From the IMG/VR virus record IMGVR_UViG_3300013712_000001, positions 1 through 39,310 of that record: 39,310 nucleotides of DNA; one strand, given 5' to 3'. Position 1 is the first letter of the stretch. Every line of letters starts with the position of its first letter. The notes below the pieces were generated by a model. It had not been told where the DNA came from and did no database searches. It saw nothing but the letters and a program-made list of their open reading frames with translations. Below, in pieces: positions 33,689 through 39,310 of the stretch. Source of the stretch: a virus. The translations under genes and the position numbers were made by a program.

Positions 33689-34273
33689 TTAAAATGGTAA
33701 ATCTAAAGTAACAAGAGAATCCTTTGCACTAACAAGGCATACTTCGTTAAAGCATTCGGCAATTTTTGTATTTGGATAAGGTGAGAACCAGACCTGTTTT
33801 TCTTCATCAAACTGCATACGCTCGGTACTTGACACAAATATTTTATTGTTGTGCATAAACTTTGCAGTAGCCCAAGCTGGGTAACTATTACCCCTGTAAA
33901 AAACAGGATTTATATCTGGATTCCCTTCAGGATAAATGCAGCTAACATTATATTTATCCTCAATGAGAATTTTATATTTAGCAGGGGTATCATTATCAAA
34001 GTATGAAAACAGCACACAACCTGAATTATTTACTTCAATCTCACATAATCCATGAGGATCAGAAAGGTCCTTAATTTTCGCAGTACGCGTACTTTTATTA
34101 ATTTCGCTGCGTCTTTCATCAAGTTCTTCATAAAAAGCAGCAGCAGAAGCAATACAGCCATTCGCAATTTTTTTTGAATTTACAGCACCGCCAAGCTTTT
34201 CAGCATGTTCAATATACAAACGCTTTGCTAAATCTTCCACTTTGGCATCCCAAAGAAAGTTAGGGTTATGCAT
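33689..34273 (-). CDS. Hypothetical protein (194 aa)
   Basis: ORF with an ATGCATAA overlap to the upstream gene. No recognisable motif. Confidence 0.55.
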   Translation of the reverse strand: MHNPNFLWDAKVEDLAKRLYIEHAEKLGGAVNSKKIANGCIASAAAFYEELDERRSEINKSTRTAKIKDLSDPHGLCEIEVNNSGCVLFSYFDNDTPAKYKILIEDKYNVSCIYPEGNPDINPVFYRGNSYPAWATAKFMHNNKIFVSSTERMQFDEEKQVWFSPYPNTKIAECFNEVCLVSAKDSLVTLDLPF

Positions 34274-34520
34274 TCTTATTCACCTTATTTTTCTGGATTA
34301 AAAACACGCGGTAAAACTTTTTACCTTTTTCGTCCTTCAATCCTGTCGCTGATAATTTACGGCCCTGGTTGCGAACCGCACTAGAGTTAAATCGGCATAC
34401 CGCCAGATAAATCTGATTTTCATAGTCGTAATCTTTAACATCAACATAATCACCAACTTTTTTAATTGAAAGAAAAAGATCATCGAACTTAGATTTAACT
34501 GTCATATTTAATATATCCAT
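34266..34520 (-). CDS. Hypothetical small protein, first gene of the minus-strand arm (start uncertain: 34538 TTG, 34520 ATG or 34505 ATG)
   Basis: The ORF-track start is a TTG only ~7 nt from the predicted transcription start. Neither ATG has a good SD. Confidence 0.45.
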   Translation of the reverse strand: MDILNMTVKSKFDDLFLSIKKVGDYVDVKDYDYENQIYLAVCRFNSSAVRNQGRKLSATGLKDEKGKKFYRVFLIQKNKVNKNA

Positions 34521-34580
34521 GTGAAAGAAAACTTGCAACTACTTTATCACTTTGATATGGTATATGCAATACAAGGTCAA
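34521..34580. promoter_or_regulatory. Overlapping divergent promoter pair with an imperfect palindromic operator
   Basis: Minus strand: TTGACC (34580-75)-17-TATCAA (34557-52). Plus strand: TTGCAA (34533-38)-17-TATGGT (34556-61), preceded by GTGAAAGAAA (34521-30). The two -10 hexamers overlap. Confidence 0.45.
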
Positions 34581-34594
34581 TAAGCGGCGAATAT

Positions 34595-34744
34595 ATGAAA
34601 TGGCAATATGCAGTATCAGGATTAAGCTTAGGCGTTGTTTTCTTCTTCTTAATTCTGATTGGAGTGTTTTGTGGTGAATATGGTTTTTTCGGTAGTATCA
34701 AGCACATTGTTGGCGTTTTTATTAGTGGGCCTGCCGGTTCTTAA
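34595..34744 (+). CDS. Possible 49-aa hydrophobic peptide at the start of the plus-strand transcript
   Basis: ATG...TAA ORF encoding MKWQYAVSGLSLGVVFFFLILIGVFCGEYGFFGSIKHIVGVFISGPAGS. It has a TM-like core but no convincing SD. Confidence 0.3.
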   Translation: MKWQYAVSGLSLGVVFFFLILIGVFCGEYGFFGSIKHIVGVFISGPAGS

Positions 34745-34776
34745 ATTATTGTTTTTAATTGGTTGAAGGTGAAATT

Positions 34777-35106
34777 ATGAAAGCGACTGAGTTTGTGAAG
34801 AAGTTTGGACTGGATGAGGCTAAAGAAATCGTTGATGGGCTTCCTGAAAAATTCAAATACAAACCATTAGGCATGATTTGCTGGGATAACAATTCATATA
34901 AATACTCAGACAGGTTTAAACCCAGACGAAGTTTAGTAAATATGGCTGATCTAAAACGCCTTGTTGAGAGTCATGAGAATCTATTTTTAATATGGCCCAC
35001 ATTAGAAGAAGCTAAAAAGCAGGTGCGCGAGAATGGGAGCAATGATGATCCAGAAATAGTGGAGATATATAAGTCTTGGATTAAGGATGTAGAAGCCTGT
35101 CAATAA
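34777..35106 (+). CDS. Hypothetical early protein (109 aa)
   Basis: ATG 34777 has SD AAGGTGA 5 nt upstream, whereas the track start at 34759 is upstream. Motifs FGLDEAKEIV and ADLKRLVESHE recall small Acinetobacter-phage proteins (from memory). Confidence 0.65.
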   Translation: MKATEFVKKFGLDEAKEIVDGLPEKFKYKPLGMICWDNNSYKYSDRFKPRRSLVNMADLKRLVESHENLFLIWPTLEEAKKQVRENGSNDDPEIVEIYKSWIKDVEACQ

Positions 35107-35146
35107 AAACCAACCGACAACGATTTAAGCTAAAAGGAAATAAAAC

Positions 35147-35410
35147 ATGAAATTTAAAAACCTGAAAATCGCAATAATAGACGAGCAGCATTTAACGGCT
35201 GTTTGTGAAGTTTTGGAAAGTATGGGCTATCAAAAGCAGGCATGGTTTACAGATAGTCCGAAATATATCTGGTGTAATCTGAAGGGTGGAATGTCTGGAT
35301 TTATCCATGAACCTTCAGGACTGGATGAATATCTTGAAACAGTAACACTTCGAGACCTCATGCAAATGCGTGATGAAAAAGTAAAGGAGAAGATCAATGG
35401 ATTTAATTGA
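35147..35410 (+). CDS. Hypothetical early protein (87 aa)
   Basis: ATG with SD AAAGGAA. No recognisable motif. Confidence 0.6.
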   Translation: MKFKNLKIAIIDEQHLTAVCEVLESMGYQKQAWFTDSPKYIWCNLKGGMSGFIHEPSGLDEYLETVTLRDLMQMRDEKVKEKINGFN

Positions 35411-35714
35411 ACAGTTGGGCGGATATGATTCTGCTAAAGCCAAGTGTGATAGAGCAAAAAAGGAAGGTTATTTATTATTGAGCGTACCGGTTGAGAATGG
35501 TTTTGGTGATATTTACGTCTACAAAGTTGAAGCCGCCCTTCTCGAATACCGCCGCGCCAATAATATTTTTGAGGTTGGGGATGCAATGATTATCCCTAGT
35601 CGCGGAAATGGAATATTTTATTTTAATGCCCTGTTTTCTGATAGCGATATTGCAGAAGCAAGACACGCCACAGATGCAGAAATCAAAGCAGGTAAAAGAT
35701 CAGAAATAACGTGA
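35397..35714 (+). CDS. Hypothetical early protein (105 aa)
   Basis: ATG with SD GGAG 8 nt upstream. 14-nt overlap with the upstream gene. Confidence 0.6.
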   Translation: MDLIEQLGGYDSAKAKCDRAKKEGYLLLSVPVENGFGDIYVYKVEAALLEYRRANNIFEVGDAMIIPSRGNGIFYFNALFSDSDIAEARHATDAEIKAGKRSEIT

Positions 35715-35751
35715 AAGAAATATTGCAGCAATAATTCTTTCACTATATAAT
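35711..35751 (+). promoter_or_regulatory. 33-bp near-perfect palindrome (35711-35743) containing a TTGCAG -35, followed by TATAAT (35746-35751). Second copy of the GTGAAAGAAA-NN-TTGCAR box. Could also act as an RNA hairpin or terminator
   Basis: GTGAAAGAAATATTGC-A-GCAATAATTCTTTCAC has 15 of 16 arm positions complementary. The spacing GTGAAAGAAA-2-TTGCAG-17-TATAAT is identical to that at 34521-34561. Confidence 0.5.
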
Positions 35752-35787
35752 CAATATGCAGCACCAAACAATATAAGGTATTAAGCA

Positions 35788-36561
35788 ATGACAAGCGAAA
35801 TCAAAAACAATCCAGTAAATAATATGGAGCTTTGGGAATTGGTTTATAACACCGATCCAAAGCAAGTAAAGGCAATCACAGGCAAATCATACCAAGGAAA
35901 TTCCCCTAAGCCTTACTATATCGTCCGCAAAGCTACAGAATTATTTGGCCCGATTGGTATTGGCTGGGGCTATGAAGTGGTTGAAGAAAGGTATATTGAA
36001 ACAGTCGTTGAATCTATTCAAACGATAGGCAATGGGCAAAGCTTTGTTATTAAGCAAACCAATATCAATCATACGGCGAAAATATCATTCTGGTACAAGT
36101 GGAATGGCGTTAAAAGCGAACCAATACAGCAAACAGGCGGAACAACAGTAGCGTATAAGACAAATGCCGGAAAACAGATTTTTGATGAAGATGCTTCAAA
36201 GAAATCTATCACGGATGCACTAATTAAATGTATGTCCTATCTTGGCTTTGCTGGCGATATTTTTGAAGGCCGCTGGGATGATTCAAAATACTTTCAGGAG
36301 AATATGCAAAACTTTTCAAAGAAAGAGCAGCAGGAACAACAAGCAAAACAGCAAGAACAGGAAGCAAGTTATCAAGAACAGCAGCAACTGGAACTTAATG
36401 AAAAAGTAGACCAGACGTTGAAAAATATTAATGCCGCTACATCAACTGCAACACTAAAAGCAATCCTGGCTAGCTGGCATGGTTATAAAGGCCAGCCCAT
36501 CTATGAAACTATTAAAAAGCAAGTTATAGCTAAATCAGATATGGAAGGGTGGAGCAAGTGA
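35788..36561 (+). CDS. Candidate single-strand annealing protein (Rad52/Sak superfamily)
   Basis: 257 aa. KAITGKSYQGNSPKPYYIVRKATELFGPIGIGWGYEV resembles the Sak/DUF1071-type N-terminal core (from memory). Gln/Glu-rich coiled region. In the same arm as ssb, four genes upstream. Confidence 0.5.
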   Translation: MTSEIKNNPVNNMELWELVYNTDPKQVKAITGKSYQGNSPKPYYIVRKATELFGPIGIGWGYEVVEERYIETVVESIQTIGNGQSFVIKQTNINHTAKISFWYKWNGVKSEPIQQTGGTTVAYKTNAGKQIFDEDASKKSITDALIKCMSYLGFAGDIFEGRWDDSKYFQENMQNFSKKEQQEQQAKQQEQEASYQEQQQLELNEKVDQTLKNINAATSTATLKAILASWHGYKGQPIYETIKKQVIAKSDMEGWSK

Positions 36562-36941
36562 GAAGATTCTTTGTAAAGGTCAATAGCGGCTTTGGTGTAA
36601 ATGCTTGGCTTCGGCCAGATGGTAACTTTATTGATGCTGATTCAAATGAAATTAAAAATGTATTGGATCACACTTATATCCAATGTACTGATATGACAAT
36701 TGATCAATTTCATTTTGAATGTCATTTAAAAAAATATACGAATCGCGGAGATTTTTCAAAAAATTATCGCCGCATGTATAAAGATAATTTCATGGCATCA
36801 ATTTATAAAGTGTGGCGAGAAGCAAAAGGCATGCCGGTTGATGATCCAGGTTATTACGAATTATCTGAAGAAGATCAGAAGAAATTACAAGGCTGGGTAG
36901 ACGCCCCTGTTTATAACAAAGGTAAAATTAAAGGTGATTAA
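36558..36941 (+). CDS. Hypothetical protein (127-130 aa)
   Basis: GTG 36558 overlaps the upstream stop (GTGA). The ORF-track start is GTG 36549. No recognisable motif. Confidence 0.55.
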   Translation: MRRFFVKVNSGFGVNAWLRPDGNFIDADSNEIKNVLDHTYIQCTDMTIDQFHFECHLKKYTNRGDFSKNYRRMYKDNFMASIYKVWREAKGMPVDDPGYYELSEEDQKKLQGWVDAPVYNKGKIKGD

Positions 36942-36942
36942 T

Positions 36943-37524
36943 ATGAATGCGAGTAACGATGAAGGTAAGTCAGAAGCAATAATGAAAGATGAATATAACG
37001 AGTTTTATAAAATAGAAAACCCCAAAACCATAGCCCAAATATATCAGATTCGAGAAAAGCGTAATAATTGGTTTAAGCAGTGGAAGCAGGAGGCTGAGTG
37101 GCGCGGCTTTGATACTTTCTCAAGCAGAAATTATGGCGGCAGTTTATACGGAATGTTCTCTCAGCTTTTCGCCGGATTCTTTATCAAGGATGAATCAACT
37201 GTAGATAAATCTGTTTATAAGCGTGTTGGTAATAGCCTTTATGAAGTCAGAAAAGGCAATAAAAAAGAATATAAAAAGTTTAAAGAATTTTATGATGCTG
37301 TAGGCGGGTATACCAACCTGAACGAGCTAGGTGATTTATTATTTGGTATGGAGCCAAGAACTTCGCCACATCAGAATTATCCAATCGGAACTATTGTATG
37401 GGATGCACAGGGCTGTTTTCTGGTTCGGGCGGTATGGTTCGCCAGAACACGGCAGGAATGCAGGTTACATCCAGACATGATTAGAATTAAAGAATCTGAA
37501 TATTTGGCACTACAAGGCAAATAG
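36943..37524 (+). CDS. Hypothetical protein (193 aa)
   Basis: ATG 36943 has SD AAGGTGA 5 nt upstream, whereas the track start is GTG 36934. Confidence 0.55.
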   Translation: MNASNDEGKSEAIMKDEYNEFYKIENPKTIAQIYQIREKRNNWFKQWKQEAEWRGFDTFSSRNYGGSLYGMFSQLFAGFFIKDESTVDKSVYKRVGNSLYEVRKGNKKEYKKFKEFYDAVGGYTNLNELGDLLFGMEPRTSPHQNYPIGTIVWDAQGCFLVRAVWFARTRQECRLHPDMIRIKESEYLALQGK

Positions 37525-37562
37525 CTATTAAGCCCTATTCTAAAAAATGTTGAGGATAAAAA

Positions 37563-37736
37563 ATGAGTTATGTAATTATTTTGTTTGTCGCCCTGAATAA
37601 CGGCGACTACTACAATGAACTTGTGAGCCATTCACGTTTTTCAGATAAACAGGAATGCGAATATATTGCACACCAGTTAAATGAAAAAACCGAAGCTACT
37701 GATCAAAAATTTTATTACTGTGGAGAAACTAACTAA
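37563..37736 (+). CDS. Unlisted small ORF (57 aa)
   Basis: SD GAGGA 7 nt upstream of the ATG. The stop overlaps the next start (TAATG). Product: MSYVIILFVALNNGDYYNELVSHSRFSDKQECEYIAHQLNEKTEATDQKFYYCGETN. Confidence 0.6.
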   Translation: MSYVIILFVALNNGDYYNELVSHSRFSDKQECEYIAHQLNEKTEATDQKFYYCGETN

Positions 37737-38257
37737 TGAAAAATGAAATCAGCTTTGAGGAATCGGCGGCAAAAGTTGTATCAATGCTTGAGCCGCGAAT
37801 GCAGACATTAAGTGTTGAGCTTTGCTCACTTAATATTGTTCAGTGCTTTGGACGTATTGCAGAAACAATTAAAAGTGAAAACCCATCTACTGATCTGGTC
37901 CAGTTGATGTTAGGCCGTATCTTGATTAATACAATTGCTCAAGCACTGGCATCGAACGGAATTGCTGCCGAAGCTTACAAGCTTACCAATGAGCGCGTAT
38001 TGTCCTTTGGTGGAGCAGTCACAGGATTAATGCAATCAACCTTCTGCCAGTACCGCTCTCATGCGGCAAGCCATGATTTAGAAAAAATGGTCCAAGGCTT
38101 GAACCCAATGACTGAAGAACAGTTTAAGGCAATCAGTCATGAGCGCGCCGAATCACTAGCCAATCTTTACCAGTCGCTTAGAACTATATCGCTTGAATTC
38201 AATCTAAGCCTTGAAGAATGCATTACCTACGCACTAGAAGAAGGAATAAAAATATGA
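37736..38257 (+). CDS. Hypothetical all-helical protein (173 aa)
   Basis: ORF translationally coupled on both sides. No catalytic motif recognised. Confidence 0.55.
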   Translation: MKNEISFEESAAKVVSMLEPRMQTLSVELCSLNIVQCFGRIAETIKSENPSTDLVQLMLGRILINTIAQALASNGIAAEAYKLTNERVLSFGGAVTGLMQSTFCQYRSHAASHDLEKMVQGLNPMTEEQFKAISHERAESLANLYQSLRTISLEFNLSLEECITYALEEGIKI

Positions 38258-38748
38258 GAGGTGTGAACCGCGTAATTTTAATTGGCACGTTAGGGAAAGA
38301 CCCTGAAAGCAAAACCTTTCCGAACGGCGGCCAGATATGTACTTTCAGCATTGCTACTAACGATAGCTGGACTGATAAAAATACAGGGGAGCGTAAAACT
38401 TCTACGGAATGGCATAGGATTGTTTTGAATGGGAAGGTTGCTGAAATTGCACAGCAGTATGCCAGAAAGGGTAATCATGTTTATGTCGAAGGATCAATTA
38501 AGACCCGACAATATACGGATCAAAACGGTATGGAGCGAAGTGTTACGGAAATAAACTGTGTAAATTTTCAGCTTCTTGATAGCCCAAACCAGAACCAGCA
38601 GGCAGATAATCATAACCAGCAAGGCAGAAGCTACGGCGGCAATGGTGGAAATATAGGGCAATACGGCCAGTATGATAAGCACTCTAATGATCATGGCTCT
38701 TTCTCAAACAATGGTTATCAATATAATCCAGGCTTTACCAGCCGATAA
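38254..38748 (+). CDS. ssb: Single-stranded DNA-binding protein (OB fold) lacking the canonical acidic C-terminal tip
   Basis: [18 protein letters not shown]...[37 protein letters not shown] is a classical bacterial-type SSB core. ATG 38254 overlaps the upstream stop (ATGA). The Gly/Gln/Asn-rich tail ends ...NPGFTSR. Confidence 0.9.
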   Translation: MRGVNRVILIGTLGKDPESKTFPNGGQICTFSIATNDSWTDKNTGERKTSTEWHRIVLNGKVAEIAQQYARKGNHVYVEGSIKTRQYTDQNGMERSVTEINCVNFQLLDSPNQNQQADNHNQQGRSYGGNGGNIGQYGQYDKHSNDHGSFSNNGYQYNPGFTSR

Positions 38749-38821
38749 ATGAATAAACGCGGACATATTCTATCCGCATTTCAAAGTAGAAATGATTTTT
38801 TTTGATTAAGGATTTTAGATT

Positions 38822-39115
38822 ATGAACACAGCCACGATTATATATTTAGCAGGATTGTCAGAGAATTTAGCTGCTGTTGCTTTAGTTTCCGCTTTTTTTC
38901 TAATCCTTATTGGTATTGTCTTATCCATTGATAGGGAAGAGGTTCAGAAAAGAATATTTGTATGGGCATTTATAGTTGTTTTTCTGGCTGCATTAATGCC
39001 ATCCAGGACGACGGTATTAGCCGCATATATAGTTTCAGATAACCGAGTTCAGAATATTACCGATCAAACCCTAGATTTAATAGAAAAGAAATTAGAGGAT
39101 ATGCAAGAGGAATAG
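38822..39115 (+). CDS. Small membrane protein (2 TM segments plus an acidic helical tail)
   Basis: 97 aa. Hydrophobic stretches LAAVALVSAFFLILIGIVL and IFVWAFIVVFLAALM. C-terminal LDLIEKKLEDMQEE. Confidence 0.55.
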   Translation: MNTATIIYLAGLSENLAAVALVSAFFLILIGIVLSIDREEVQKRIFVWAFIVVFLAALMPSRTTVLAAYIVSDNRVQNITDQTLDLIEKKLEDMQEE

Positions 39116-39122
39116 AAATATT

Positions 39123-39142
39123 AAGCCCCTTTAATGGGGCTT
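39123..39142 (+). terminator. Second copy of hairpin AAGCCCCTTTAATGGGGCTT (weak U-tail here)
   Basis: 20 nt identical to 147-166. It follows the stop of the 97-aa gene and precedes the 60-aa ORF. Confidence 0.45.
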
Positions 39143-39170
39143 ACTTAATCAATTTTTTAATGGTGAATAT

Positions 39171-39310
39171 ATGAATATTTCAGAGAAAAAAATTAAAAGA
39201 AATGCACCTGAAGGCGCTACGCATTATAGAAAAATATTCTGGTTTAAACAGTATTTTATGAAGAATACAGATAATGGCTTTTGGTATCATTACGCAAATC
39301 CTTTCTGGTT
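39171..39310 (+). CDS. N-terminal part of the 60-aa small protein that runs through the terminal repeat and ends at position 158 of the circular map
   Basis: ATG 39171 with SD GGTGA. The frame is open to the window end and continues at 116-158. Confidence 0.5.
   Translation, partial: MNISEKKIKRNAPEGATHYRKIFWFKQYFMKNTDNGFWYHYANPFW
39196..39310. repeat. Terminal direct repeat, right copy (identical to 1-115)
   Basis: Read directly. Confidence 0.95.

Noticed and set aside
34495-34707. 70-aa minus-strand ORF across the divergent control region.
   Set aside because: It would start upstream of the predicted minus-strand promoter and run through both promoters. Its Pro/Lys-rich sequence looks non-protein-like, and it has no SD.
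385-38694. The many 60-130-aa ORFs in the track that lie inside or antisense to longer ORFs. Examples: 385-711, 470-727, 2042-2317, 3235-3441, 5066-5458, 6915-7242, 8024-8597, 9678-10247, 11348-11689, 14065-14552, 17093-17431, 23231-23455, 24234-24728, 27638-27899, 30263-30587, 30865-31179, 33259-33540, 38290-38694.
   Set aside because: Each is fully nested in a longer ORF that has recognisable protein motifs, an SD sequence and tight coupling to its neighbours. Their translations are low-complexity or Cys/Leu/Phe-rich, as expected of off-frame reads of AT-rich coding DNA.
1-39310. Diversity-generating retroelement, suggested by the BPP-1-like flavour of several head genes, and any lysogeny module (integrase, CI/Cro, excisionase).
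   Set aside because: No ORF shows reverse-transcriptase motifs (YxDD) or tyrosine/serine recombinase motifs. No template/variable repeat pair was seen near the tailspike or tail genes.
1-39310. CRISPR arrays, rRNA genes, and transposase or IS elements.
   Set aside because: No regularly spaced direct repeats beyond the four iterons, no rRNA-like sequence, and no transposase-like ORF or terminal inverted repeats were found on reading through the window.

Overview
The window is a complete, circularly closed phage genome. Bases 1-115 repeat exactly at 39196-39310, so the unit length is 39,195 bp. It looks AT-rich by eye.

Layout: two divergent arms start at a ~240-bp control region (34.52-34.78 kb) and converge on a hairpin near position 150.

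- Long minus-strand arm, early genes: two MazG-like NTP pyrophosphohydrolases, a half-size beta-clamp (DnaN) homologue, a Phd/YefM-like small protein, a replication initiator with iterons inside its own gene, a DnaC-like loader, an HNH-AP2 endonuclease and a RuvC-like resolvase.
- Minus arm, head module: TerS, TerL, portal, scaffold, capsid and decoration protein.
- Minus arm, tail and ejection module in T7-like order: tubular A-like, tubular B-like, two small internal proteins, a 758-aa SLT protein, a 2281-aa giant protein and a pectate-lyase tailspike.
- Minus arm, lysis cassette: two multi-TM proteins and a GH19 endolysin.
- Short plus-strand arm: small unknown proteins, a candidate Rad52/Sak-type annealing protein and an SSB.

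I saw no integrase, repressor, DNA polymerase, helicase, primase, RNA polymerase, reverse transcriptase, tRNA or CRISPR array. The endolysin and some small-protein motifs recall Acinetobacter/Moraxellaceae phages, but that is from memory and unverified.

Most interesting observations:
1. The truncated beta-clamp homologue.
2. The giant ejection protein with an embedded GNAT motif and a HEMGH zincin motif.
3. A 16-18-nt near-palindromic element present three times at promoter/leader positions, two copies of which bracket one gene.
4. Two copies of a conserved promoter/operator box (GTGAAAGAAA-NN-TTGCAR-17-TATxxT) controlling the plus arm, one of them inside an overlapping divergent promoter pair.

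All domain calls come from reading the translations by eye. No searches were run.
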